Of a stretch of 64,000 nt of DNA, positions 27,105 through 43,950 are shown one piece after another. Where the stretch lies: the NCBI GenBank assembly GCA_951406725.2, contig OX597831.1, positions 44,144,001 to 44,208,000 of the forward strand. The letters are read 5' to 3'. The notes under the pieces are model-generated. The model saw only the letters and a list, made by a program, of their open reading frames with translations, did no database searches and had not been told where the DNA came from. This DNA is from Octopus vulgaris. Lineage: Eukaryota. The position numbers and the translations under genes were made by a program. Position 1 is the stretch's first letter. Every line of letters begins with the position of its first letter.

Positions 27105-27602
27105 CAGTACTGGGCCTTTTATCTGGCTTCCAGGAATCCGGAAATATTGTGCAATATCATGCAATATACAGAACTGTGTATTGAGTAAACACACCCAGTT
27201 TTTGAGGTTGGTTAATTTAGAAGCAGTGTGTCAAAAATAGTTTTTTCGGGGGGTGGGGGTTATGTGTGTTGACAAATATTAAACATAGTCTGTTTCAGAA
27301 TTGTATTAATTTGTTCCTGTATTTATTACATAAAATCATCTTTTCTTTAATTCATTTAAGTTTCATCCTTTAAGCATTATACTGTACCCATGGTACTGTA
27401 TGATATATTTTAAGAATTTTAAGTGGATTAATAATTATCAAAATGTATTTATCTGAATATGTGAAATACAATTTAGCTCTTTACTTTTCGTAGTTTATTT
27501 TATATTTTAGATATGCATTTAGACTCTCTCCAGGAAAACAGAAAATCCTGAAATCCGGGTCACTTCAGATCTCAAGCTTGCCGGATAATTGGTCTGATAC
27601 TG
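27105..27602. mobile_element. Tigger/pogo-type MITE
   Basis: Terminal inverted repeats (TIRs) CAGTACTGGGCCTTTTATCTGGC and GCCGGATAATTGGTCTGATACTG, flanked by a TA target duplication. Confidence 0.75.
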
Positions 27603-27917
27603 TATGTACCTTAGTCAGCCCACCGATCTCATCACAGACTGATGAGACCTTTAACTAGTAACATATAAAGCAGTACTACCTGTGTTGCGGAGTGAAGTGA
27701 CAGCCCCGCCCTTGACTGTCAGTGGACTGGACGAGTCTTACAAAATAGATGAGTCGGTAGAGAGTTGAGGTCGAAATGTGAGAGCGTTGGCCTCGTTATT
27801 GATTCTGAATTGGAGTATCGGATTGTTATTGTGCGAACGGTTATAATAAGATAACCAACATTTGTTACATTGCTTATTGTTATACGGTTATATTTAGTAC
27901 AGCGATATACTGTTACA

Positions 27918-28290
27918 TGTGGAGGCGCAATGGCCCAGTGGTTCGGACAGCGGACTCGCGGTCGTAGGATCGCGGTTTCGATTCCCAGACCGGGCGTTGT
28001 GAGTGTTTATTGAGCGAAAACACCTAAAGCTCCACGAGGCTCCGGCAGGGGATGGTGGTGATCCCTGCTGTACTCTTTCACCACAACTTTCTCTCACTCT
28101 TACTTCCTGTTTCTGTTGTACCTGTATTTCAAAGGGCCGGCCTTGTCACCACCATCCCCTGCCGGAGCCTCGTGGAGCTTTTAGGTGTTTTCGCTCAATA
28201 AACACTCACAACGCCCGGTCTGGGAATCGAAACCGCGATCCTATGACCGCGAGTCCGCTGCCCTAACCACTGGGCCATTGCGCCTCCACA
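27918..28290. mobile_element. Fold-back SINE family C (plus copy joined to an inverted 5' half)
   Basis: 27918-28061 is nearly the reverse complement of 28146-28290; the junction has TCAC microhomology. Confidence 0.92.
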
Positions 28291-28487
28291 CAAACATATA
28301 TACGTATGTATATACACACAAATGCCACTCACAACGTATTAACCAAAATCTATGATATAAGACACAAAGTGTCGTGTCCGCAAAATGGAAACGTACCAAT
28401 AATCACGTGACTTCGAATCCCTAAATTACACAACCAACCCCCTTGGATTATTAAAGCATAAAACTTTTTTTCTGGTAGTATATTCTT

Positions 28488-28677
28488 TTCTTTTATTCTT
28501 TTGTTGGTTTCAGGTATTTGACTGCGACTATGCTGGAGCACCGCCTTCAGTCGAACAGATCGACCCCGGGACTTATTCTTTGTGAGCCTATACTTATTCC
28601 ATCGGACTCCTTTGATGAACCGCTACGTTACGGAAACGTAAACACATCACCATCGGTTGTCAAGCGATGTTGGTGGA

Positions 28678-28758
<81 letters not shown>

Positions 28759-28870
28759 GACGGGCTTCTTTCAGTTTCCGTCTACCAAATCCACTCGCAA
28801 GGCTTATAGTACAAGACACTTGCCCAAGGTGCCACGCCGTGAGACTGAATCCGGAACCATGTGCGCCTAT
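28488..28870 (-). mobile_element. SINE family B
   Basis: Reverse-complement tail, microsatellite and head. Confidence 0.85.
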
Positions 28871-29564
28871 AAAACTTTTAACTACGCCTCCTATAATTTC
28901 TAGAAGAGATTTGAAACCGCCACCAATATGTTGTACTACTACTTCTCAACACCCCTGCCTACTAGGCCACCGAAGCAGCAACGTTCATAAAATGTAAGCA
29001 ACCGTATTTAAACAACATTAAGGTGCACTGTCATGTTTTTCCAAAACCTATTACTTAAAATTAACTCTGATCCCATTTGTGAAATCGGGCCTATATTACA
29101 TGCTTTGATGTACTAAAAATTGTTTTTTTTTACTGAATATGAGTTGCTAAAATTGGGGTGCGCCTAACGTGCCCGTGCGTCTTTTATGCCATCAAAAATA
29201 GTATACATTTTAGAGTGATAGTGTACCTTAAGAATCTAGACAGCGTAAGGAAGCTACTGCCACCACATCTCTAAATTCAGTGCGTAAGATATACAATTTA
29301 AAAAGAACGGTATGTTATTAATTGTCTTTTGTGTTCCTGTTGCTATCATAGACTTCCTTTCAACCTCTGCACCGAGAACCAATCAATGAAAAACCCACCA
29401 GTTATTCAATGCTGACACTGCGTGAGATGTTGCTAGTTTTTACCTGCACACCGCTTCCATTTATTCATATATTAGAGGTAGGTGACAGTGCAGAACCACA
29501 TTGGGAGTTAATTATCTTCTTGGACGTAGAAGACAGAATAGTAATAAGGAAGCAAAACGATCCA

Positions 29565-29622
29565 TTCACCTTCCACCTTCCACCCTCCACCTTTCATCTT
29601 TCACCTTTCACCTTTCACCTTC
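29565..29622. repeat. 7-bp tandem repeat (TTCACCT)n
   Basis: About eight imperfect units. Confidence 0.85.
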
Positions 29623-30364
29623 GTCTTCCACAATTCACAAGTTACAGATTGTTCGGTCCGTAAATTAATATCGCTTCGACTTTATCGTTTTTCAACTTGT
29701 TACTCATCAGGAACTTTAATGATAAAATCTGAATAGCTGTGTGTCGTTGTTGTTGTCGCTGCAGTTGTCGTGGCTTTTGTTGTTATAGTTATTTAATCCC
29801 AGTCAAATCTGATCGAGCAGGCCCATGATCAAAGGTATTCTTGCCATGACCATACACTTTTACCAATCTGTAAGGACCAGAATATCCAAAGTCTTCTTTT
29901 CTAAGACGGCAGGATGTAATTTTGATTGCTATTTCTAGCAGGTCGTACTACCATGTACAGACTCCTTCGCTGAGTCGAAGCGTATGTTACTGTACTGTAT
30001 GTAAGATGAAGTGGAAACCAACGTAAGGGATGAGGTCCTTCATCGAAGAAACACAAGTCTCTGGTTCCTCTCACCACACTACAATATACACAGCCTTTAT
30101 TTCCTCTTCCTTGCTCAACAAGTTCCTGAGAATCTCGTACCATGTTCATATTTGAAACAAAGTGGTCTTAAGAAGAGAATCGTCGCGAAGACTAAAAATA
30201 GAAAAAAAAAAGTTAAGGAACAAAGAATACATACGACTGGTTGCGTTCTGCGGCAACCAGGTTATTGGTAAGCATAAGCGCCGTTTGGTCAATTGTCCTG
30301 CCTTTGAAGATTGTCATGCCACAAATACTGGGAAAACATAGAAGAAGTAACCAAACGAGAATAT

Positions 30365-30480
30365 AGAGCCGGACGCGAAATCTTTTCTCCCACGTGAGTT
30401 CCGGACCCCAGTTGTGAACTCATTTGCATACAGCCAATCAGAGCTCAACTATCAAACTAATTCATGAGTGCATAACAAGT
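30365..30480. promoter_or_regulatory. Candidate promoter/enhancer motif cluster
   Basis: Within ~70 bp: CGCGAAA (E2F-like, 30374), CACGTG (E-box, 30391), TTCCGG (ETS-like, 30399), ATTTGCAT (octamer, 30422) and AGCCAATCAG (NF-Y CCAAT box, 30432). Confidence 0.55.
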
Positions 30481-30494
30481 GATGGGTGATAAGA

Positions 30495-30820
30495 TTCTTC
30501 TTCTTCTTCTTCTTCTTCTTCTTCTTCTTCTTCTTCTTCTTCTTCTTCTTCTTCTTCTTCTTCTTCCCATTTCTTTCTTCATCTTTTTCTTTCTTCACCT
30601 ACTTCTTCTCCTCCTCCTTCTCCTCCTCCTCCTCCTTCTTCTTCCTACTTCTTCCTCCTCTTTTCTTCTTCTTCTTCTTCTTCTTCTTCTTCCCCTTCTT
30701 CTTTCTTTTCTTTATCTTTCTGTTTCTTCTTCTTCCTCTTCTTTTCCCTCTTTCTGTTGTAGTCTTTTTCTTTTTTCTTCTTCTTCTTCTTCTTCTTCTT
30801 CTTCTTCTTCTTCTTCTTCC
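30495..30820. repeat. (TTC)n polypyrimidine tract
   Basis: Direct inspection. Confidence 0.95.
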
Positions 30821-31137
30821 CACATTTGTGTCCCTCTCTTTCTCTCTCATTGCAATGAATCTTTTTAATTCCAATATCTGTTTCCGTCGCGCTGCGTTGC
30901 ACAGATTTCATCCCTTAGACCCTCACCAAAGCTACACGTAGCAACACTAGACCAGCTTTACACCTTAATTTCACGAGTAGAAATTTAGTTGGTCATCACC
31001 CAACTAAAACGCCCTTTCATCGGCAAAACCAAGAAAGAACCCTCTTTACCAAACTACGACTGGTTACGACATTACATTCCAAAAACATCTGCATGAAAAT
31101 GAAAGAAATTTAGGGTTTGTATCATTCTTACGATCTT

Positions 31138-31553
31138 ATTTCTTTATTGCCCACATGGGGCTAAACATAGAGGGGACAAACAAGGACAGACAAAGGGATT
31201 AAGTCGATTATATCGACCCCAGTGGGTAACTGGTACTTAATTTATCGACCCCGAAAGGATGAAAGGCAAAGTCAACCTTAGCGGAATTTGAAATCAGAAC
31301 GTAGCGGCGGACGAAATACCTATTTCTTTACTATCCACAAGGGGCTAAACACAGAGGAGACAAAAAAGGACAGACAAAACGGATTAAGTCGATTATATCG
31401 ACCCCAGTAGGTAACTGGTACTTAATTTATCGACCCCGAAAGGATGAAAGGCAAAGTCAACCTCCGCGGAATTTGAACTCAGAACGCAGCGGCGGACGAA
31501 ATACCACAAAGCATTTCGCCCGGCGTGCTAACGTTTCTGCCAGCTCGCCGCCT
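31138..31553 (-). mobile_element. SINE family A dimer
   Basis: Two bodies joined at GAAATAC|CTATTTCTTT (~31320). Confidence 0.9.
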
Positions 31554-31643
31554 TACTGGTATATATATATATCTGGAGGAGGTATCTTCCTGGGGCTACA
31601 AACTACAGTAGCATCCACCCTTAGGGGTTAGCCATATTCAAAT

Positions 31644-31676
<33 letters not shown>

Positions 31677-31982
31677 CCAGGGGTGGGGAAAACCCAGCGA
31701 ACACATTTTATTTCGCCCTCAGGCTGATATATTCGTATGTACAAAATATAGTAAATTTTTCAATTAAAAAATTTTACAATATTCGTATGCCTATTTACGA
31801 CGTAGGTCACGTTTCCACCACGACTTAAAACGGTTAGACTCGAATAGAAAATCGTCCGGTAATTGCCATTTGAATGGAAATATTGTTTTCACTATAAAAC
31901 ACATATTGCTAGGTTTGAACTACCCCCTTGAGACCCAACAACACTCTAGCTGAAAGATGTCGAATACCTCATAAGTAATATA

Positions 31983-32365
31983 GGAGGGAGGAAGCACTCC
32001 GTCGGTTACGACGACGAGGGTTCCGGTTGATCCGAATCAACGGAACAGCTTGCTCGTGAAATTAACGTGTAAGTGGCTGAGCACTCCAACAGACACGTGT
32101 ACCCTTAACGTAGTTCTCGGGGATATTCAGCGTGACACAGAGAGTGACAAGGCCGGCCCTTTGAAATACAGGTACAACAGAAAGTAAGAGTGAGAGAAAG
32201 TTGTGGTGAAAGAGTACAGCAGGGATCACCACCATTCCTGCCGGAGCCTCGTGGAACTTTAGGTGTTTTCGCTCAATAAACACTCACAACGCCCGGTCTG
32301 GGAATCGAAACCGCGATCCTATGACCGCGAGTCCGCTGCCCTAACCACTGGGCCATTGCGCCTCC
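31983..32365 (-). mobile_element. SINE family C, full length, with TSD
   Basis: 12-bp TSD ATAAGTAATATA at 31971-31982 and 32366-32377. Confidence 0.92.
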
Positions 32366-32464
32366 ATAAGTAATATAAACGTCCTAAATTCAGTGGCGGT
32401 GTTAATGAAGATGTTACGCGTTAATTTAATGTGTTAAACTTAGCTTTATTAATGTATATTCCCT

Positions 32465-32679
32465 TTTATTCTTTTACTTGTTTCAGTCATTTGGCTACGG
32501 CCATGCTGGAGCAAATCGACCCCAGGACTTATTCTTTGTAAGCCTAATACTTATTCTATCGGTCTCTTTTGCCGAACTGCTAAGTTACGGCGACGTAAAC
32601 ACACCAGCATCGGTTGTCAAGCGATGCTGGGAGGGGGGGGACAAACACAGATACACAAATATACACACACATATATACA

Positions 32680-32773
<94 letters not shown>

Positions 32774-32932
32774 ATGAGCTGCTTCTTTCAGTTTCCGTCT
32801 ACTAAATCCACTCAAAGGCTTTGATCGGCCTGAGGCTATAGTAGAAGACACTTGCCCAAGGTGCCACGCAATGGGACTGAACCCGGAACCATGAGGTCGG
32901 TAAGCTAGCTACTTACCACGCAGCCACTTCTA
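32465..32932 (-). mobile_element. SINE family B
   Basis: Full reverse-complement copy. Confidence 0.88.
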
Positions 32933-32938
32933 CGAATT

Positions 32939-32985
<47 letters not shown>

Positions 32986-33224
32986 AGATTTACACAAATA
33001 TAAGAGTTTGAACTCGTGATCAGCCCTCGGACCTTTTTCTTTGGAAATTTTTGCCCGCCGCATTAAAAGGTTTCCCCATCCCTGATCTATACGAATGAAA
33101 TTCAGGATTCTTGTCCTTAAATCATCTTTCGAAGTCAGGATTTAAAATGTCACATTAATTAAATACAAACGAGCTTACGACATTTTAATGAGTAAAATAG
33201 ATTGTTCAAGAGGGACTGAGATCG

Positions 33225-33688
33225 TGGTGGCGGCGGCGGCGGCAGTGGTGGTGGTGGTAGTGGTGGGCAATATTGGTGGTTGTGGTTGCGGTGGTGGTGG
33301 TGGTGGTGGTGGTGGTGATGGTGGTGGTGGTGGTGGTTATCGAAGTGTGATGTGGTTGTTAGATTAACGATGGATAACAGTGAAGATGATGATTATCGTT
33401 GATGATCGGTATTGTGTTGATGATGATGATGATGACGGCGATGGTGATGATAATGTTTGTGGTGGCGGCGGCGGCGGCAGCGGTGGCGGAAGCGGTGGCA
33501 GTAGTGGTGGTTGGAGGGTGGGTGGGTGTTTGCCAGAGTTGAAGGTAAGGTGAGAGGGATAATGATGACGAGGGCGGTGCAGGGTTGAGATTATGACACT
33601 ATGAAAATGATAATGATGGTGATGATGATGATGATGATGACGATCATTATATTGATGATGACGTTAATGAATGTCATAGTGATGATGA

Positions 33689-33722
<34 letters not shown>

Positions 33723-34080
33723 GGTGGTCACCTTAATGACAGGTGTCGGGTAAGTAGTTAATTGTGATAATGATAAATATGATAAATATGACGACGATAA
33801 TGATGTCGACGACGACAAGGACGAGGACGATGATGATGATGATGATGTTGATGATGAAGATGATGATGGCGAAGCTGGTGGTGGTGGTGGTGGTGGTGGT
33901 GGTGGTGGTGGTGATGACGACGGCGGCAATGATCATTAATGACGTTGAGAAAAAGCAACAACGCCAACGACCAGCGACAGCAAGCATCATTACCACTACA
34001 ACCACCATCACCGCCACCACTACCACCATCTCCACTACCACCTTCTTCACCGTACTAACATTACTACTACTACCACCACC

Positions 34081-34112
<32 letters not shown>

Positions 34113-34140
34113 CAACAACATCAACACTAGTACTGCTGTC
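33225..34140. repeat. Compound (GGT)/(GAT) repeats switching to (CCA)/(CAA)
   Basis: Direct inspection; polarity flips near 33940-33990. Confidence 0.9.
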
Positions 34141-34144
34141 ATAA

Positions 34145-34752
<608 letters not shown>

Positions 34753-35085
34753 TGGCTTCCAATTTTATTGCAAGACTTGAAATTTCGGAGAAGGTGGCAA
34801 GTCGATTTCATCGACCCTAGCAGATGACGGGTACTTGTTTTATCGACTCCGAAATGAGGAACTCAGAACGTAAAGTCGGAAGAAATGCCGCAAAGCATTT
34901 TGTCCGGCGCTGTAACGATCCTGCTAGGTCACCGTCTTATTAGAATAACAATATTAAAACTACAACTACCACCTTACTAACACCAACACTAACAACATTA
35001 ACACCAACACTACGATGCAGATCACATATACCGCACCATAACGCCACCAACAATACTAACATATCTACTACCAACAACAACAGCA

Positions 35086-35136
<51 letters not shown>

Positions 35137-35927
35137 GCTGCTGCTGCTACTACCACTACTACTATTGCTATTATGACTACTCTTCTACTACCACCAACAC
35201 AACTATGATAATGCACACAAACAATACCATCAACATTAACTACCACCACACTACCACCACCAGGAGCAGTAATACTAACACTTCCACCACCACCACTACC
35301 ACCACCACCACTACCACCACCACCAATACTAACAAATACTACAACTAAAACTACTACTGTTACTACAACCACCACTACTACTACTACCGACACCCCTACT
35401 ACTATTACACCACCATCACTACTACTGCTACTACAATCACCACTAGTAACAGTACTATCGAAACCAAGAACTACGGACGACGACCACCACCGAAAACCAA
35501 CAACGACGACGACGATCACCACCGCCACCACCACCACCATAGTCACCTCCGCCGCCGCCGTCACCACTATGACTACTACCACTACGACGGCTGTAATAAT
35601 GAAAGACTTTAACGTACGAGAAAAAGAAGCGCCATGTTATAAACTTAAAAGTGGAGTATATAAAGTCATTTAAAACAGGAGAGCACAACAGCAAGGGGAA
35701 GAAAAAAAGAAGGAAAGTAAAAAGGAGTAGGAAAAAAGAGTGAAAATGAAAAAAAAGAAGGAAAGCATAGTTGATAGTGTTTTGCTTTAACTCCGCCCTG
35801 TTTTCTAATTTGGCAAATTCTTAACAACGAACGAAGCTAGTACGGGGTTTATTCCTTTGTCTTAGAATAATAATGCATATACATTACATACATACGTACA
35901 TTCGTACATACGTACGTACATACGTAC

Positions 35928-35958
<31 letters not shown>

Positions 35959-36102
35959 CATACATACATACACACATAGGTGTATATATGTATATATATA
36001 TATATATATGTATAATTATATATATATATATATATATTTATATTCATAAATATATACGTATATATATATGTATGTGTATATATATATAAATATATATATA
36101 AT

Positions 36103-36134
<32 letters not shown>

Positions 36135-36176
36135 AATATATAAATATATCTACATATATATATGTATGTATGTATA

Positions 36177-36224
<48 letters not shown>

Positions 36225-36276
36225 TATATATCTATGTATATACATATATATATATGTATATACATATATATATATG

Positions 36277-36328
<52 letters not shown>

Positions 36329-36494
36329 TTATAGATACATACATACATACATATAATATATTATACTTAATATTTACTTAATCCACCCACTCCCACACAC
36401 CCCTTTTTCTATTTTTTTTCTTTTTTTTTCATCTTTTCAACATTATCATCTTTCACAGTGAAATTCCCTCATTGCTGGGTTATTTTTCTTCCGC

Positions 36495-37160
36495 ACTTCT
36501 TTCTTTCTTCTTCTTCTTCTTCTTCTTCTTCTTCTTCTTCTTCTTCTTCTTCTTCTTCTTCTCCTCCTTCTCCTTCTCCTTCTTCTTCTTCTTCTTCTTC
36601 TTCTTCTTCTTCTTCTTCTTTTTCTTCTTCTTTTTTTCTTCTTTTTCTTCTTCTTTTTTCTTCTTCTTCTTCTTCTTCTTCTTCTTCTTCTCCTTTTTCT
36701 TCTTCTTCCTTTTCTTCTTCTTCTTCTTCTTCTTCTTCTTCTTCTTCTTCTTCTTCTTCTTCTCCTCCTTCTTCTTCCTTTTCTTTTTTCTTTTTCTTCT
36801 TCTTCTTCTTCTTCTCCTCCTTCTTCCTTTTCTTCTTCTTCTTCTTCTTCTTCTTCTTCTTCTTCTTCTTCTTCTTCTTCTTCTTCTTCTTCTTCTTCTT
36901 CTTCTTCTTCTTCTTCTTCTTCTTCTTCTTCTTCTTCTTCTTCTTCTTCTTCTTCTTCTTCTTCTTCCTTTTCTTCTTCTCCTTCTTCTTCTTCTCTTCT
37001 TCTTCTTCTTCTTCTTCTTCTCCTTCTTCTTCTTCTTCTTCTTCTTCTTCTCCTTCTTCTTCTTCTCCTTCTTCTTCCACTTCTCATCCTTCTTCTTCTT
37101 CTTCTTCTTCTTCTTCTTCTTCTTCGTCGTCCCTTTCTCCTTCCTCCTATTCCTCTTCTT
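36495..37160. repeat. ~670 bp pure-pyrimidine (TTC)n tract
   Basis: Direct inspection. Confidence 0.97.
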
Positions 37161-37200
37161 CGCGCCCTCCCACCCCATCACACCGCCCGGGCTTCGTTTA

Positions 37201-37250
<50 letters not shown>

Positions 37251-37424
37251 TCCTGTTATTCTCTTCGTTACAATTCTCTGAAATTCTCTATCAGTTCCCG
37301 TTACAGCCTTTTACGTTTCAATAAACTGCTTAATTTTTACACTCAGGGGACACTGCTATACCAACAACACTGATTATCCGACAGAGAATTATTTTCAAAT
37401 CAAAGTTGAAGAGAATACGTCTCT

Positions 37425-37514
37425 GCATGTATGCATGCCTGTATATCTACATACATGTACATACGTATGTATGCATGTATACTTGAATATATGTATGTAT
37501 GCATGTATGCTTGA

Positions 37515-37547
<33 letters not shown>

Positions 37548-38000
37548 TGTATGTATGTATGTATGTATGCTTCAATGTATGTATGCTTGAATGTATGTAT
37601 GTGTGCTTGAATGCATGTATGTAAGTATGTCTGTCTGTATGTATATATGTATGTGTAAATGTATGTATGTATGTATGTATGTATGTATGCATGTATGCAT
37701 GTATGCATGTATGTATGTATGTATGTATGCATGTATGTATGTATGTATGCATGTATGTATGTATGTATGTATGTATGTATCTATGTATGTATGTATGCAT
37801 GCATGTACGTATGTATGTATGTATGTAGGTTTGCTTGAATGTATGTATGTATGAATGTGTGTATACATGTATGTATGTATGCATGTATGTATGCATGTGT
37901 GTATGTATGTATGTATGTATGTATGTATGTATGTATGAATGCATGTATGCATGTATGCATGTGTGAATGTATGCATGTATGCTTGAATGCATGTACGTAC
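37425..38000. repeat. Degenerate (TATG)n/(CATG) tract
   Basis: Direct inspection. Confidence 0.95.
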
Positions 38001-38337
38001 AGCAGTATGATTGTACCTACGGTAATAAACGTAATAAAGGGATTAGAAGAAAACGTGTTGGAGTGAAAGTGCATGCAGCTACAGTTATTCACGGCATACA
38101 ACACATACATACATACATACATACATATACACACACATATTTAGGGGCATATGTGTGTATACATACCTACGTAATTAAAACCGTAGTTACGTACATATGT
38201 ATGGACTTTATATGTGTTTGGGGGTGGGTGGGGTGTTTATGCGTGTGTATGTGTGTATGTGAGTTTGTGTGTGTGTGTGTGTGTATGTGTGTGTGTGTGT
38301 GTGTGTAGGCATGTATGTATAGATGCATTAATGTATG

Positions 38338-38380
<43 letters not shown>

Positions 38381-38421
38381 TTATATTTAACGCGTGTATA
38401 TAAACGCACAGGCACTCGCAC

Positions 38422-38489
<68 letters not shown>

Positions 38490-38935
38490 CACACAACAGA
38501 CCGAATGTTTTAGCTCTGCATTACATAGAGAGGATTTGAAATGAAAGCAATTTGGAAATCTAAGAAGCAATTTAAATTTTTTGTAACGATTCTACGTCTC
38601 TGTGAAGAACGATTCTGAGTGTTAGGTACACGCATGTTCACACACGCACACACATACACACACACATTTATATATATATGTATATATGTATGCATGCATG
38701 CATGTATGAACACCGTAGTCGCACGGGCCTCCAACTACACACATACCAAGGGACGTATGAATATGTATATGTGTGTATGTGTGTATATATATATGTATGT
38801 ATATACGCACACACATGCACATGTACAGATATATACACACAAGGGAGTGTTTTGTGTGTGTATAGAATCATATCTTCTATAATTATGACTTATATGCTCA
38901 TAACTATATATATATATATATATATATATGTATAA

Positions 38936-39033
<98 letters not shown>

Positions 39034-39240
39034 ATATTCACGTGTGTGTATGTGTGTGTGAGAGAGAGAAAGCGTGTGGATCTATATATGTCCGATAGAG
39101 TTACATACATGCACACGTAACATTTTTATACACACACATATATATACACACACACATATATATATATACACTCACATATATATGGATCTATAATATGTTA
39201 GTCACACGAAGATATATATATATATATATGTATGTATCTC

Positions 39241-39297
<57 letters not shown>

Positions 39298-39301
39298 ATA
39301 C

Positions 39302-39332
<31 letters not shown>

Positions 39333-40889
39333 TGTATGTATGTATGTATGTATGTGTATAGATGCATGCATGCATACATACACAATATATGGATAGGTAA
39401 CATAAAGGAGATTGATAGAATGTTTATAAGACTACACCAACATAAAATGACACACATACACACACACACACAGTCATATACACACACATATACGCACGCA
39501 TATCCACACGCATCCATGGGCGCATCCACACGCATCCACACACCTACATTGCATTCAGCTATATAGATATATGAGATTCGTGTGTGGTGATGGTGGTGGT
39601 GGTGGTGGTGCGATGGGGGGGGGCTATTAAATTAATGCTTAGATAGATCCATTGAAGTGTGTGGGTTGTTGTTGTTGTTGTTGTTGTTAGTGGTGGTGAA
39701 TGGGGGTGGAGGGAGGGCGAGATGAACCGGTAGAGGTGGCGGTGGGGGGTATGGATGGATGGATGGATGGAAGGGACAGGCGTGGTGGGTGGGTGGGTGG
39801 GTGGGGCGGCGGCAGAAAGGATCCATTGAGGTGGGATCCATTGAAAGAAGGATTCATTAAAGTGGTGGTGGACGTGGTGGCATGGGGGTGGGGGTGGGTT
39901 GGTGGGGGAGAGGGGGGAGAGAGAGAGGGGGGTATGGGGAATGGGTGAATCCATTGAGGTGGGTCCATTTAAAATAAGATTACTTTGGTATAAACGCCTT
40001 TCAGAAAGGCGACCTCGAGATGAAGTCGCTCTTAGCTTTCATTGTATTATATCACTGCTGCTGCTGCTGCTGCTGCTGATGCTGCTACTACTACTACTAC
40101 TAATACTACTGCCGCTGTTGCTACTACTACTACTACTACTATTAGTGCTGCTGCTACTGCTGCTGCTAATAGTGTTGGTCGTAGCTGTAGTGGTAGAACT
40201 AGTGTTATTGTTGTTCTCGGTGGTGATGGCTCTGGTGTTCTTAGTGGTGGTGGTGGTGCTGGTGGTGGTGGTGGTGGTGGTGGTGGTGATGGGGTGGCGG
40301 TGATGGTGGGGTGGAGGTGATGGGGTGGGGTGGAGGTAATGGTGGGGGGTGGGGTGGAGGTGGAGGTAATGGGGGTGGCGGTGGTGATTTTGTTGTTCTT
40401 GTTTGTGATGGTGCTGGTGGTGATGGAGGTTAGTTGCGGTGGTAGTTGTATGGTGGTTGTTGTATTGGCGGTAGTGGTAGTGGTGGGTCACAGTACTTGT
40501 AACGATAGCGACGGTAGTGGTTGTGGTTGCTGTTCTTGTTAGTTGTGGTCGTTGTTCAGCGCCCCACACACCCCACAAATCACCCCCACCACCACCACCA
40601 CCACCACCATCATCCCGCTTCGCCCAAGATCAAGTCCTGACCAAGCACATGTTATCCTACGATCGAAATCATTCCCTACCGCGACCATCCCGCCTTGCTG
40701 TCTTCAACCCATGCCGTCCCACCCCACCCCTATGTAGAGAGAGAGAGGGAGAGAAAGACCTCCCGCCCCACCCCCACCAATACACATTTATTATCCGACT
40801 TGTACATTTCAGTGATTTGAGGGCGATGAGTTAGCTGTTATTTCTAACAAATCGAGCCATCCCGTGTTGTTATTATTGTTGTTGCCATT

Positions 40890-43950
<3,061 letters not shown>

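Larger units (their letters stand above)
31678..33084. mobile_element. Non-autonomous hAT (Charlie-like) element carrying two nested SINEs
   Basis: TIRs CAGGGGTGGGGAAAACC and GGTTTCCCCATCCCTG; 8-bp TSD ATATATAC / ATCTATAC (7 of 8 match). Confidence 0.8.

Noticed and set aside
28905-29203. Intact DNA transposon
   Set aside because: Only a decayed pogo-like right end is recognisable and no matching left TIR can be defined.
29680-29712. Minus-strand CTGATGA...GAAA
   Set aside because: No stem II or stem III pairing; expected by chance.
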